From: Gemmatimonadota bacterium
Lineage (GTDB): Bacteria > Gemmatimonadota > Gemmatimonadetes > Palauibacterales > Palauibacteraceae
NCBI GenBank assembly: GCA_039588275.1
Contig: JBDHAC010000018.1
Span: forward strand, 1-64,000
Reading direction: 5' to 3'
Length of the DNA stretch: 64,000 bases
The position numbers and the translations under genes were made by a program. Positions 47,820 through 57,103 of this stretch are shown here, piece by piece (position 1 is the stretch's first letter; each line of letters begins with the position of its first letter). The notes below the pieces were generated by a model, which worked only from the letters and a program-made list of their open reading frames with translations, had not been told where the DNA came from and did not search any database.

Positions 47820-48709
47820 ATCGCCACTCGGAAGGGTCGCTCGACACGCCGGAAGCCGTCAACGCGGACCCCGGCGGCGACGCGCCGGAAGAGGGCGTGT
47901 CCCGCCTCACGCTCGCGGAGCGCTTCGCGAATCGTGTCCAGATCAAGCTCCCGGCGCGCCACAACCCGAAGCTGGCGGAGATCGTAGAGCGCGTGAACGC
48001 GCACGACCGCACGTACGCGCTGTGGGTGGCGGCGAACGTGACCGCGGTCGATCGGCTCCATATGTCCGACCATGGGCCGGTGCACGTGCAGATCGTCGCG
48101 AACTCCGCGCTTCGTCTCCTACGGCTGCTCATGTCGGCCGATGTGGAGCCGAGCGTGGTCTCCGATTACGGTCTGGCACGAACCGATGCCGAGGTCGTGG
48201 TCACCCTCGCGGCACTCTTCCACGACGTCGGCATGTCGATCCACCGCGAAGGCCATGAGGGCTTTTCGCTCTTCGTGGCCCAACCGATCCTCGATGAGCT
48301 CCTGGCAGGGGTGTATGATCCGCCCCTCGACACGATCGTTCGATCGGAGATTCAGCACGCGATCATCTCTCACCGCTCGGGCGGTACGCCGCTCACGGTC
48401 GAGGGCGGAATCCTCCGGATCGCCGACGCGCTGGATATGGCCCAAGGCCGCTCGCGCATTCCGTTCACGGCGGGGTCGACCAGCATCCACGCGGTGTCCG
48501 CGGCAGCGATCGAAGGGCTACACATCGAATCGTGCGAGACGCACCCGGTCCGTATTCGGATCGAGATGAGCAACTCGGCGGGCGTGTTCCAGGTCGACGA
48601 GCTGCTTCGGCGGAAGCTGAAGGGGTCCGGGCTGGAGCGGTACGTCCTGGTCGAAGCGGTGATAGAAGGCGAGACGGAGAAGCGCCTCGTCCAGCGCTTC
48701 CAGTTCTAG
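47816..48709 (+). CDS. HD-domain metal-dependent phosphohydrolase
   Basis: SDHGPVH, LFHDVGM, ADALDMAQGRSR; ATGA overlap. Confidence 0.88.
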   Translation: MNRHSEGSLDTPEAVNADPGGDAPEEGVSRLTLAERFANRVQIKLPARHNPKLAEIVERVNAHDRTYALWVAANVTAVDRLHMSDHGPVHVQIVANSALRLLRLLMSADVEPSVVSDYGLARTDAEVVVTLAALFHDVGMSIHREGHEGFSLFVAQPILDELLAGVYDPPLDTIVRSEIQHAIISHRSGGTPLTVEGGILRIADALDMAQGRSRIPFTAGSTSIHAVSAAAIEGLHIESCETHPVRIRIEMSNSAGVFQVDELLRRKLKGSGLERYVLVEAVIEGETEKRLVQRFQF

Positions 48710-48796
48710 CAGGCCGCTGGAGTTCCATGCGGCCCGTCAGTCGGCTGCTGAACGGACCGCGTCGGATCGGTCCCGAGGCGGCGGAGGGGTAGCGAA

Positions 48797-50605
48797 GTGA
48801 GACTCCCGTCACTCGAGATGGTTCTGGATGGCGCGCGCGCCGCCCTAACCCGGTTCCCGCTCGTCATCGCCAGCGCGATTCTGGCGGCGCTGGCCGCGAT
48901 TCTGGGAATAGACTCCGAAGACGGTCGCATGTGGGCCCGCTGGTTCGTGACCGCGAGCCTCGGGCTCCCGTTGTTCTTCGCGCTCGCATTGTTCGCGGAG
49001 CGGCGAGCCCGTCCGGTGGCGGTCGGAGCGTGGGGCCGGCTGCTGGGGATCGTGGGTCTGGGGCTTTTCTTCCTCGCGTGGCCGAACTGGTCGGACCCGA
49101 TCGCCCTCACGAGGTACTTCCAACTCAGCGTCGGCCTTCACCTGCTCGCCGCGTTTCTCCCGTACGCCGGACTCGACGAGGACAACGGGTTCTGGCAGTA
49201 CAATCGGGCGCTGTTTCTGCGGTTCCTGACCGCGGCGATCTACTCGGCCGTGTTGTACGTCGGACTCGCGATCGCGTTGGCGGCGCTCGACAACTTGCTC
49301 GGCGTCTCCGTGGACGAGGAGACCTATTTCCGTCTGCTCGCACTGATCGCGCTCGTGTTCAACACATGGGTCTTCACGGCCGGGGTTCCCGAGGACCTCG
49401 GCGCGCTGGAGCGCGTCACGGACTACCCGCGCGGTCTGAGGATCTTCGCGCAGTTCATCCTCGTACCGCTCGTCATCGTGTACCTGACGATCGTGACCGC
49501 CTATGTGGCCCGAATCCTCATCACGCGGGTCTGGCCGAGCGGTTGGATCGGCTACCTCGTATCGGCGCTCGCGGCGCTCGGCATCCTCGCGCTTCTCCTG
49601 GTGCACCCCGAGCGCGAGCGCCGTGATCAAGGCTGGATCGAGGCCTACGCGAGGTGGTTCTACGTGGGGCTCTTTCCCTCGATCGTGATGTTGCTCCTGG
49701 CGATCTGGAAGCGCATCGATCAGTACGGCATCACCGAGAACCGCTACCTCCTGACCATCCTCGCCCTGTGGCTGGCCGGGATCGCGCTGTTCTACTCCGT
49801 CACACGTTCGCGCAATATCAGGGTGATTCCCACCACGCTCGCGCTGCTTGCCTTTGTGACGTTCGTGGGTCCGTGGTCGGCGTACGACGTGGCACGGGCC
49901 AGCCAGCGGTCGAGGCTCGAGGGGTTGCTCGAACGGAATGGCGTGCTGGTGGACGGGCTCGCGCAGGCGCCGGCCGACACGGTGTCCGCTGAAGATCGGG
50001 AGCAGATCACCTCCGTTTTGCGGTACCTGGTCGAGAGACACGGGACCGGGTCGATCGACCGATGGTTCGACGGTCGTCTGGCGGAGATCGACACGATCGG
50101 CGGAACGGGGACATCCGCGCGGGGCGAAGCGAGGGAGCGCGCCGCCCTGATCATGCGTCACCTGGCGATGGAGCCAGTCGGGCCCGGTGGCGCCGCGATC
50201 GGCGACTTCGTGCGCTACCAGGCACAGTCCAGCAAGGAGCCGCGACCCATCCGGGGGTTCGATCTCGCGCTCACCTACGCGGACCTGCGAAGCGACCGGT
50301 TCACGACGGGGGCGGACACGATCGACCTGGTCATGGACGAGTCGCAGAATCTTCTCCGTATCTCGCACAATGGCGTCGAGGTTCTCGAGGTATCCTTCGC
50401 CGGGCTCCTGGAACGGGCGCAGGCCGCGCGCATACTGGCGTACGCCGGAGATCCCAACGTGGAAGCCGAGGCCATGCGCATCGAGGTGGGCGGCGAGGGC
50501 GCCGCGGCTACCATCTACGTGACCTCCATAGCGCTCCGCCGCGTCGAGGGTCGCCTCGTGACGGAGAGCGCGCGGGGGGACGTCTACCTCCGCCTGGAGC
50601 CCTAG
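48797..50605 (+). CDS. DUF4153-family polytopic membrane protein
   Basis: RFP N-terminus, FWQYN, YPRGL..FILVPL, RIDQYGITENRY, GPWSA..SQRSRL. Confidence 0.85.
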   Translation: MRLPSLEMVLDGARAALTRFPLVIASAILAALAAILGIDSEDGRMWARWFVTASLGLPLFFALALFAERRARPVAVGAWGRLLGIVGLGLFFLAWPNWSDPIALTRYFQLSVGLHLLAAFLPYAGLDEDNGFWQYNRALFLRFLTAAIYSAVLYVGLAIALAALDNLLGVSVDEETYFRLLALIALVFNTWVFTAGVPEDLGALERVTDYPRGLRIFAQFILVPLVIVYLTIVTAYVARILITRVWPSGWIGYLVSALAALGILALLLVHPERERRDQGWIEAYARWFYVGLFPSIVMLLLAIWKRIDQYGITENRYLLTILALWLAGIALFYSVTRSRNIRVIPTTLALLAFVTFVGPWSAYDVARASQRSRLEGLLERNGVLVDGLAQAPADTVSAEDREQITSVLRYLVERHGTGSIDRWFDGRLAEIDTIGGTGTSARGEARERAALIMRHLAMEPVGPGGAAIGDFVRYQAQSSKEPRPIRGFDLALTYADLRSDRFTTGADTIDLVMDESQNLLRISHNGVEVLEVSFAGLLERAQAARILAYAGDPNVEAEAMRIEVGGEGAAATIYVTSIALRRVEGRLVTESARGDVYLRLEP

Positions 50606-50836
50606 GGGGCCCTTCAGGGACTCCGGTGGGCCGCCGGTGCGCCCCCGGGCGGCGGCGCTCGCCGAAGCCCACACAACCATTCCGGCCTGCGGCCTGTCTC
50701 AATGAAGGATACGCGGTCGAGGCGCGGAGGCGTTCGCCTACCGTCCGTCCGAGCAGCTCGAAACCTGACGGCCGCGACGCGCGTATCTGTATCTGAGTTT
50801 AGACGTCAAGACCCGAACCGCGCGGGAGAATTGGAA

Positions 50837-51634
50837 GTGAGGAAGCTCGCGACCCTCGCCATACTCGCTCTCTTCGCTTGGCTGTTCATCACGTTCACAT
50901 GGGCAACCGCCGCTCACCTGACGGGACTTCCGGGTCCCGCCAAGGCAAGCGCCGCGACGCTCGAGCTGGCCGCACGGGCCGTCACGCTGGCGGATCCCCC
51001 CGGCGCCATCGGCACGCCGCAACGGATGGCGGCGGAGAGTCTCCGGAGGGCCGCACGCATGGCCCAGCGGCTGCACCGTGGCCCCGAGCGCGCCGTGGCT
51101 CGCGTGTTGGACGGCCTCGGACACCGACATTCGCACCACCGGCACTCACTCGCGGGCGCTCGGGTGCGGGCGCCGATCGTGCTGGAATTCGGGGAGTGGG
51201 ACGCGGCCTGGCACGAAGGATGGTCCGAAGCACTCCGCGAGCTTCGCGAGAACGAGGCGCTGCTGGAACTGCGGCGCTTGAAGGGGCTCCGGGGGATCGA
51301 GCACTCGTGCTGTGATGCGACTCTGGAGCGCCGCCGGGAAAGCATCGAGCGCAGCCGCGAACAAATAGAGCGCAGCCGCGAGCGGATCACCCGAAGCATG
51401 GAGCGACTGCAGGAACGGCTCGAGCGCCTTGACGCGGCCGAGCGCAGCGAAGTGTCGGATCGGCTGAAGGAGCGGCTTCGCGACATGCTTCGCGAGTTGA
51501 AGCGAGAGCTCGAGGACCTGCTCGAGGACGACTTCGAGTCGGGAGCCATCATCGAGATCAGCGACAAATCGGCCGATCAGATCCGTATGCTCGCACCGAC
51601 CATCGCGATCAAGATCCGCGAAAAGGGACACTGA
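50837..51634 (+). CDS. Hypothetical exported or membrane-anchored coiled-coil protein
   Basis: GTG with GGGAG RBS; hydrophobic N-terminus; HRHSHHRH; heptads RESIERS/REQIERS/RERITRS. Confidence 0.55.
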   Translation: MRKLATLAILALFAWLFITFTWATAAHLTGLPGPAKASAATLELAARAVTLADPPGAIGTPQRMAAESLRRAARMAQRLHRGPERAVARVLDGLGHRHSHHRHSLAGARVRAPIVLEFGEWDAAWHEGWSEALRELRENEALLELRRLKGLRGIEHSCCDATLERRRESIERSREQIERSRERITRSMERLQERLERLDAAERSEVSDRLKERLRDMLRELKRELEDLLEDDFESGAIIEISDKSADQIRMLAPTIAIKIREKGH

Positions 51635-51682
51635 CCCCGCGCACAGCCGGCTCGGTCTTCCGAGACATAGGCTACATGAGCT

Positions 51683-51716
51683 AGCGGCCCGACCGGCGGG
51701 AAGCCGGCGGGCCGCT
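51683..51716. terminator. GC hairpin between convergent genes
   Basis: AGCGGCCCGACCGGC-GGGAA-GCCGGCGGGCCGCT. Confidence 0.6.
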
Positions 51717-51798
51717 GTCACATCTACTTCACATCCACTTCACTCGTTGCCGGTTCACCCTCGGCCGTGTCGGGCGGCGGGATCGACCGCTCGACACG

Positions 51799-53514
51799 CT
51801 AGCGCTCGAAGAGCACCTCTCCGCCCACGATCGTGTACAGCACCTGGGCCCTCGCGACGGCTTCCGCCGGCGCGGTCATGATGTCCGTCGACAGCACTAC
51901 GATGTCGGCCAGCTTGCCGGGCGTGAGCGAGCCCTTGAGGTCCTCCTCGAACGCCGCGTATGCGTTGCTGAGCGTGTAGGAGCGCAGCGCCTGCTCTCGC
52001 GTCATCGAGTTCGCGGGGAAGAAGGCGCTTCCATCGCGGAGCTCGCGCGTCACCGAGCAATGGAAGCTCGGGATGGGGTCGACGTCTTCGACCGGCGCAT
52101 CCGTTCCGTTCGTGACGACGGCACCCGATGCGAGCAGGTCCTGCCACACGTACGCCCCTTGCGCCGCACGCGTCTCCCCGAGGCGCTGGATCACCCACGG
52201 TCCGTCCGAGCAGCCGTGGATAGCCTGCATCGAGGCGATGACACTCAGCTGGGCGAAGCGCGGAATGTCGGCGGGAGCGAGGTGCTGCGAGTGCTCGATG
52301 CGCCACCTGAGGTCGGTCTGCCCCGGGTTCGCTCGGAAGGTCCGCTCGTACAGATCCAGGACCTCTCGATTGCCGCGGTCACCGATCGCGTGAGTGTTGA
52401 CCTGATATCCGTGACGGATCGCGAGTTGAGACACACGCTCGATGTGCTCAGGCGAGTTGGTGGCGAGGCCGGTGCTGCGCGGCAGGTCCGCGTACGCTTC
52501 GAGAAGCCACGCGCCATGTGATCCGAGCGCGCCATCGACCACCTGCTTGATCGATCGCACCGTGAGACGGTTGTCCGCGTACCCGATCATGTGATAGTCG
52601 GCGAGCTTCTCCTCCATCTCGTCGTACGAGTCGCGAACCATCACGTAAAGTCGAACCGGCATCTCGCCCCGCTCGGCCAGCCCTTTCAGGAAGTCGATCG
52701 TTTCGAACCCGGATCCGGCGTCATGAAAGCTCGTGATGCCCTTCGCCAGCAGGTCCTCGAACGCGAGCCGGGCCATCTCGCGTCTCTCCGCCATTCGCTC
52801 CTCCGGCGTGCGACCCGACTCGGCAGCGGCGCGCGCCCGACCCACCAGCCCCTGGGCCGTTTCGCGGAGCACCCCGGTGGGCTCGCCCGCCATGTCACGT
52901 ACGATCTCTCCCCCGTCGGGGTCGGGGGTGTCCGCCGTGATGCCCGCGAGCTCCATCGCTTTCGCGTTCACGAACGACGCGTGCCCGCTCGCGTGCCGCA
53001 AGACGACCGGATTGTCGGCGCTCACGGCGCTGAGCCCATCGTGGACCGGGAGTCCTTCCACGAGCGGGTCGGGCACTTGGTTCCACTTCTCCTGGTGCCA
53101 CCCGCGACCGTCGATCCAGTCCCCGGGCTCCGCTTCCGCCGCGGCATCCGCGACCATCTGGACGATCTCTTCCCAGGACTCTGGCGCCATCAGGTCGAGG
53201 ATGAGCTTCGCTCCGCCGATCCCCATGAAGTGCCCGTGCCCCTCGATGAATCCCGGGATCGCCAGGCGACCATCCAGATCGATCACGCGCGTCCCACCGC
53301 CGATGTAGGCGGCGATCTGCGCATCGCTACCCACGGCGGCGATCCGATCCCCGACCACGGCGAGCGCCTGAGCCTCCGGGTTGGCATCGTCCATCGTCAC
53401 GACCTTACCGCCACGCAACACGAGATCCGCCTGCTGACCGAGGGCCGGGATCGCGTTCGCGCCTGCTGCGGACAGCAGTGTGATAACCGAGAACACGAGG
53501 CGTGGTGAAGTCAT
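51799..53514 (-). CDS. Exported amidohydrolase_3 family protein (YtcJ-like)
   Basis: CAGGAGG RBS; signal peptide; PGFIEGHGH, DGALGSHGA, HAIGDRGN, RIEHSQ, GTDAPVE. Confidence 0.92.
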   Translation of the reverse strand: MTSPRLVFSVITLLSAAGANAIPALGQQADLVLRGGKVVTMDDANPEAQALAVVGDRIAAVGSDAQIAAYIGGGTRVIDLDGRLAIPGFIEGHGHFMGIGGAKLILDLMAPESWEEIVQMVADAAAEAEPGDWIDGRGWHQEKWNQVPDPLVEGLPVHDGLSAVSADNPVVLRHASGHASFVNAKAMELAGITADTPDPDGGEIVRDMAGEPTGVLRETAQGLVGRARAAAESGRTPEERMAERREMARLAFEDLLAKGITSFHDAGSGFETIDFLKGLAERGEMPVRLYVMVRDSYDEMEEKLADYHMIGYADNRLTVRSIKQVVDGALGSHGAWLLEAYADLPRSTGLATNSPEHIERVSQLAIRHGYQVNTHAIGDRGNREVLDLYERTFRANPGQTDLRWRIEHSQHLAPADIPRFAQLSVIASMQAIHGCSDGPWVIQRLGETRAAQGAYVWQDLLASGAVVTNGTDAPVEDVDPIPSFHCSVTRELRDGSAFFPANSMTREQALRSYTLSNAYAAFEEDLKGSLTPGKLADIVVLSTDIMTAPAEAVARAQVLYTIVGGEVLFER

Positions 53515-53720
53515 TACGTCCTCCTGCAGAACTCACACGTTCATGGGCTGAAGAATAGGCGCGACGAGGTCTCGCGACCAGTTGGCAAAGGTGTCTTTCT
53601 CGTCCGAGGGACCGTCTGTAAGTTAGCGCCGATTTACTCGGTGGCTCCCGCGGCGAGGTGGCGGAAGGGCGCGAACGGGCGAGGGCGAGTGAGGGTGCGG
53701 CGGAGACCAGGAGGCTGCCG

Positions 53721-54443
53721 ATGAATCTTTTCCGGCGAACCGGACGGATCCACACAGACGTGAATCACCAACCCTATCGGCGGGGCACACCGCGACACGA
53801 CGTACACGCCGCCGGCCCGCGATGCGCCAGATCACGGGCGGGATACGCCTGGTCCCTCGCCTTCGCGCTGCTCGTCTTGATCGGGACCTCCCGGCCCGCC
53901 GACGCTCAGATCGGGATCGTAGCCGGCTACAACCGGGACGCCTTCCAGGGTCTGGACGTCGCGGAGGCGTTCTCGCTGGAAGACGATCCGAGCGGCTTTC
54001 ACCTGGGCATCTTCCTCAACGTGAACGTGGGCCTGCTCGGGATCCGGCCCGCGGTCATCTATCACCGAATCGTGGATGTCGACGTGCGCAGTCCCGAGGA
54101 TGGACTGGACTTCGATCTGGAGATCGTCGAGGTGCCGCTCGATTTTCGGCTCCGGCTGCCGGTGCCCGTGGTGCGTCCCTATCTGCTCGCGGGACCCGTG
54201 TTCATGTTCCCGTCGAGCCCGGATGAATCGATAGACAGCCTGCTTGAAACAGGGCCGAGCCGCATCGACGTCGGACTGGGGTTCGAGTGGACCTTCGGTT
54301 TCCGCCTGTGGCCCGAGGTGCGATACGGATTCGGGATCAATCGATTCATGCAGACGGATTTTCCGCTGACGGGTGCCCCGTTCTCCGCCGACGGTGACGC
54401 GCGCCTCGACGCCCTCATGGTTCGAGTCGGCGTCAGCTTCTGA
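53721..54443 (+). CDS. Outer-membrane beta-barrel protein
   Basis: AGGAGG RBS; signal ending ADAQ; SGFHLG, VEVPL, PYLLAGP, PEVRYGFG; terminal GVSF. Confidence 0.8.
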   Translation: MNLFRRTGRIHTDVNHQPYRRGTPRHDVHAAGPRCARSRAGYAWSLAFALLVLIGTSRPADAQIGIVAGYNRDAFQGLDVAEAFSLEDDPSGFHLGIFLNVNVGLLGIRPAVIYHRIVDVDVRSPEDGLDFDLEIVEVPLDFRLRLPVPVVRPYLLAGPVFMFPSSPDESIDSLLETGPSRIDVGLGFEWTFGFRLWPEVRYGFGINRFMQTDFPLTGAPFSADGDARLDALMVRVGVSF

Positions 54444-54575
54444 CCCCTACGCCCCGGTCGCGCTGCGGGCCGGATTCGCCGGCCGCGCTGGCCCCGAGTA
54501 GTGCGGTAGACCCGTCGACCCACGGACCCGAACAAACCCCGAAACCTTCGCTCCCCGGTCGGGTACCCGGTCGGC

Positions 54576-55676
54576 ATGGAGACGCCACCGCCCCGCCCCG
54601 AGGTCCCACCTACACCCTCGGTCCGGGGGCGTGGGGCCGCTCGGAACCCCGCCAACCGGTTTCTCCCCCTCGCGGTGGAGCGTGAGGCATGGACCATGGC
54701 CGAGCTCACGCCTCCCGGCACCGAGTTGTTCGAGGATCGGTCGCGCTCGGTCATCGCTCGAAACGTCAGCCCGGACGTGGGCTTCGACGCGAGCCTCAAT
54801 CCCTACCGGGGCTGCGAGCACGGTTGTGCGTATTGCTACGCCCGCCCCACACACGAGTACCTCGGATTCTCGGCCGGGCTGGACTTCGAGACGAAGATCC
54901 TCGTCAAATCCGACGCGCCGGAGCTGTTGCGCCAGGAGCTGGCGTCCCAGCGCTGGGAGCCACAGGTCCTGGCGCTGAGCGGGGTCACCGACCCGTATCA
55001 GCCCGTAGAGCGAAAGCTCCGTCTGACGCGTCGGTGTCTCGAGGTGCTGGTCGAGGCCCGCAACCCGGTCATGGTCATCACCAAGAACCACCTGGTGACC
55101 AGAGACACCGACCTGCTCGAGCGGCTGGCCCGATACGACGCTGCCGGGGTGGGCGTGTCGATCACCACGCTGGATCGGTCCCTCCAGCGACGGATGGAGC
55201 CACGCACATCGTCCCCCGACCGTCGCCTGGCGGCCATCACACGGCTCAGCGAGGCGGGCGTTCCGGTCAGGGTCATGGTGGCACCCGTGATTCCCGGCCT
55301 GACCGACCATGAGCTCCCGGCCATCCTCCGAGCTGCAGCCGCGGCCGGGGCCCATCGCGCCGCTTACATCCTGCTTCGGCTTCCGCTGGCGGTCGGACCT
55401 TTGTTCGAGGATTGGCTCGGTCGCCATTTCCCAGATCGGGTGGACAAGGTCATGAACCGGTTGCGCAGCGTGCACGGCGGGCGCGTCTACGATCCTCGCT
55501 TCGGATCGCGCATGAGGGGGGATGGGCCGTATGCGGACGAGGTCGCGAGGTTGTTCGCGCTCTCGGCGCGGCGGTTCGGGCTTACCCGCCGCTCGGCCAG
55601 TCTGTCGACGGCCGCGTTTCGGCGTCCGTCACTCGGGCCACAGCTGGATCTGTTCGACGAGCCGCGGCGCGGCTGA
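54576..55676 (+). CDS. PA0069-family radical SAM protein (SplB-like, putative DNA repair)
   Basis: GRGA..NPANRF, NPYRGCEHGCAYCYARP, TDPYQP, APVIPGL, LRLP, QLDLF. Confidence 0.92.
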   Translation: METPPPRPEVPPTPSVRGRGAARNPANRFLPLAVEREAWTMAELTPPGTELFEDRSRSVIARNVSPDVGFDASLNPYRGCEHGCAYCYARPTHEYLGFSAGLDFETKILVKSDAPELLRQELASQRWEPQVLALSGVTDPYQPVERKLRLTRRCLEVLVEARNPVMVITKNHLVTRDTDLLERLARYDAAGVGVSITTLDRSLQRRMEPRTSSPDRRLAAITRLSEAGVPVRVMVAPVIPGLTDHELPAILRAAAAAGAHRAAYILLRLPLAVGPLFEDWLGRHFPDRVDKVMNRLRSVHGGRVYDPRFGSRMRGDGPYADEVARLFALSARRFGLTRRSASLSTAAFRRPSLGPQLDLFDEPRRG

Positions 55677-55690
55677 AGCCCAGGGGGACG

Positions 55691-55743
55691 GCTGAATGCC
55701 CACCGGGTCCGTTGAATGCCGACCGGGTCCGTCGAATGGCCAC
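55691..55743. repeat. 20-bp imperfect tandem repeat, about 2.6 copies, between convergent genes
   Basis: GCTGAATGCCCACCGGGTCC / GTTGAATGCCGACCGGGTCC / GTCGAATGGCCAC. Confidence 0.8.
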
Positions 55744-55794
55744 GGGCGACGGAAAAGGCCGCGGCGGGTCGCCCCGCGGATCACTCCCCCCGAT

Positions 55795-56193
55795 TCAGCA
55801 CGTCGAGTGGATCAAGGCCCCCACCGCTGCCGACTCCCGCAGCTCGTTGTAGCGATCCACGGCCTCATCGGTCTCGAGCACGTGCAACTCCACACCCTGG
55901 TCCTCCAGCCATTCCCGGGTGGACGATGGCACGCGCAGCTGCTTTAGCATGCCGCGGGAGAGGACGACCGTCGTGGCACCCCGTTCCAAGAGCTCTTCGA
56001 GGTCCGCCGGCTGCACGCCGGGTCGGTGGTGTGTCCCCGTCTCGTTCCAGTCCCATTCGCGCGCCCCACCGGGGAAGAGCTTCACGTCCCGAAACGGATG
56101 GTCCGCTCCCTCCACCTCGACGCGACCCCAGGAGATCGCGGTCACGCGGGGAGACGCCGGAGCCGGGGCGGCTTCGCTCGAACCGGGCGTCAT
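55795..56193 (-). CDS. Mth938-like (DUF498) protein
   Basis: SWG, WDWNETGTHHRPG, LSRGM, YNEL, ALIHSTC. Confidence 0.9.
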   Translation of the reverse strand: MTPGSSEAAPAPASPRVTAISWGRVEVEGADHPFRDVKLFPGGAREWDWNETGTHHRPGVQPADLEELLERGATTVVLSRGMLKQLRVPSSTREWLEDQGVELHVLETDEAVDRYNELRESAAVGALIHSTC

Positions 56194-56931
56194 CTATTGC
56201 ACCATCACGGCCAACGTGTCGTGGTGATAGGCGATCAGCGTTCTGAGATAGCTCCCGATGCGATCGGCACCCTCGAAGCCGGCAGCGACAGCGGCCCGTT
56301 GCTGCTCGTCTGGGGATGCGGCCGTGGGCTCGGCGAAGTGCTGCAAGTCGTCGTACGCCCCGAGCGTGAACAGGTCCCAGCTCGCCCCACCGGCCCGGGT
56401 GAAGATCAGGTTTTCTGGTCGGCGGATCGCTCCCAGGAACTCGTTCTCCATGCGCCGTTGTTCGAGCAGCGCCTCACGCTTGCCGGGGAGTGCCACGAAC
56501 ATCTCGACGTGCAGGAACCCGGCCCCATCGAGTGCATCGTGCACTTGGCCGCTCCCGGGCCCGCGCGCGAGGAGCTCCTCGCGCCAGGCGACCAGTCCAT
56601 CGGGGGCTTCGGTCAACCCGTCGACTCCGCCCGCGACCGAATACGAGGTGGATTCGCCGAGCGGTACGAAGAGCATGAGGTCCCACTGATCACCCTGGCT
56701 GTGCCGGAACAGGTACGGCCGCGCCGTCGACTCGGCCTCATGGACCGCGATCTGACGTTTGTATACTTCGATCAGCTCCAGAAGTCTCCCCGGAGCGGCA
56801 CGAACCAGCAGCACGCGGTACAACGCCGAGTCTGCGGAGGCGTCCGAGGCCGGCCCGACAACGGGAGTGCGCGCGGCGTCCGTGGGGACCGAAGCGGCCA
56901 TGGCGGCCGCGAAGACGAGATGACGGATCAA
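56194..56931 (-). CDS. Hypothetical exported protein with two internally repeated alpha/beta (NIPSNAP-like) modules
   Basis: AGGAGG RBS; repeats RAAPGR..GDQWDL..WREE and ALPGK..GASWDL..YHHD. Confidence 0.65.
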   Translation of the reverse strand: MIRHLVFAAAMAASVPTDAARTPVVGPASDASADSALYRVLLVRAAPGRLLELIEVYKRQIAVHEAESTARPYLFRHSQGDQWDLMLFVPLGESTSYSVAGGVDGLTEAPDGLVAWREELLARGPGSGQVHDALDGAGFLHVEMFVALPGKREALLEQRRMENEFLGAIRRPENLIFTRAGGASWDLFTLGAYDDLQHFAEPTAASPDEQQRAAVAAGFEGADRIGSYLRTLIAYHHDTLAVMVQ

Positions 56932-57103
56932 GCCTCAACCTCCTTCCAGGAATCCGGTGCTCGGTCGGCGTTCACACGTTTCGGCTATGCGGTAGAGCCG
57001 ACCACCTCCTACATTCGGGCCACGTCGGGTGACCACCGTCGCCCTCGGGCCGTGTCGAGCGGCCGCTCACATGCAATATGTCCCTGCACCGAGGTCCAGA
57101 CCA

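Noticed and set aside
54576..55676. RiPP-modifying radical SAM enzyme
   Set aside because: PA0069/SplB-like motifs, no SPASM cysteines, no precursor or transporter
57060..57075. CGGCCGCTCACATGCA as a sigma-54 promoter
   Set aside because: Spacing fits, but the match is weak and there is no enhancer or AT-rich element; could be chance
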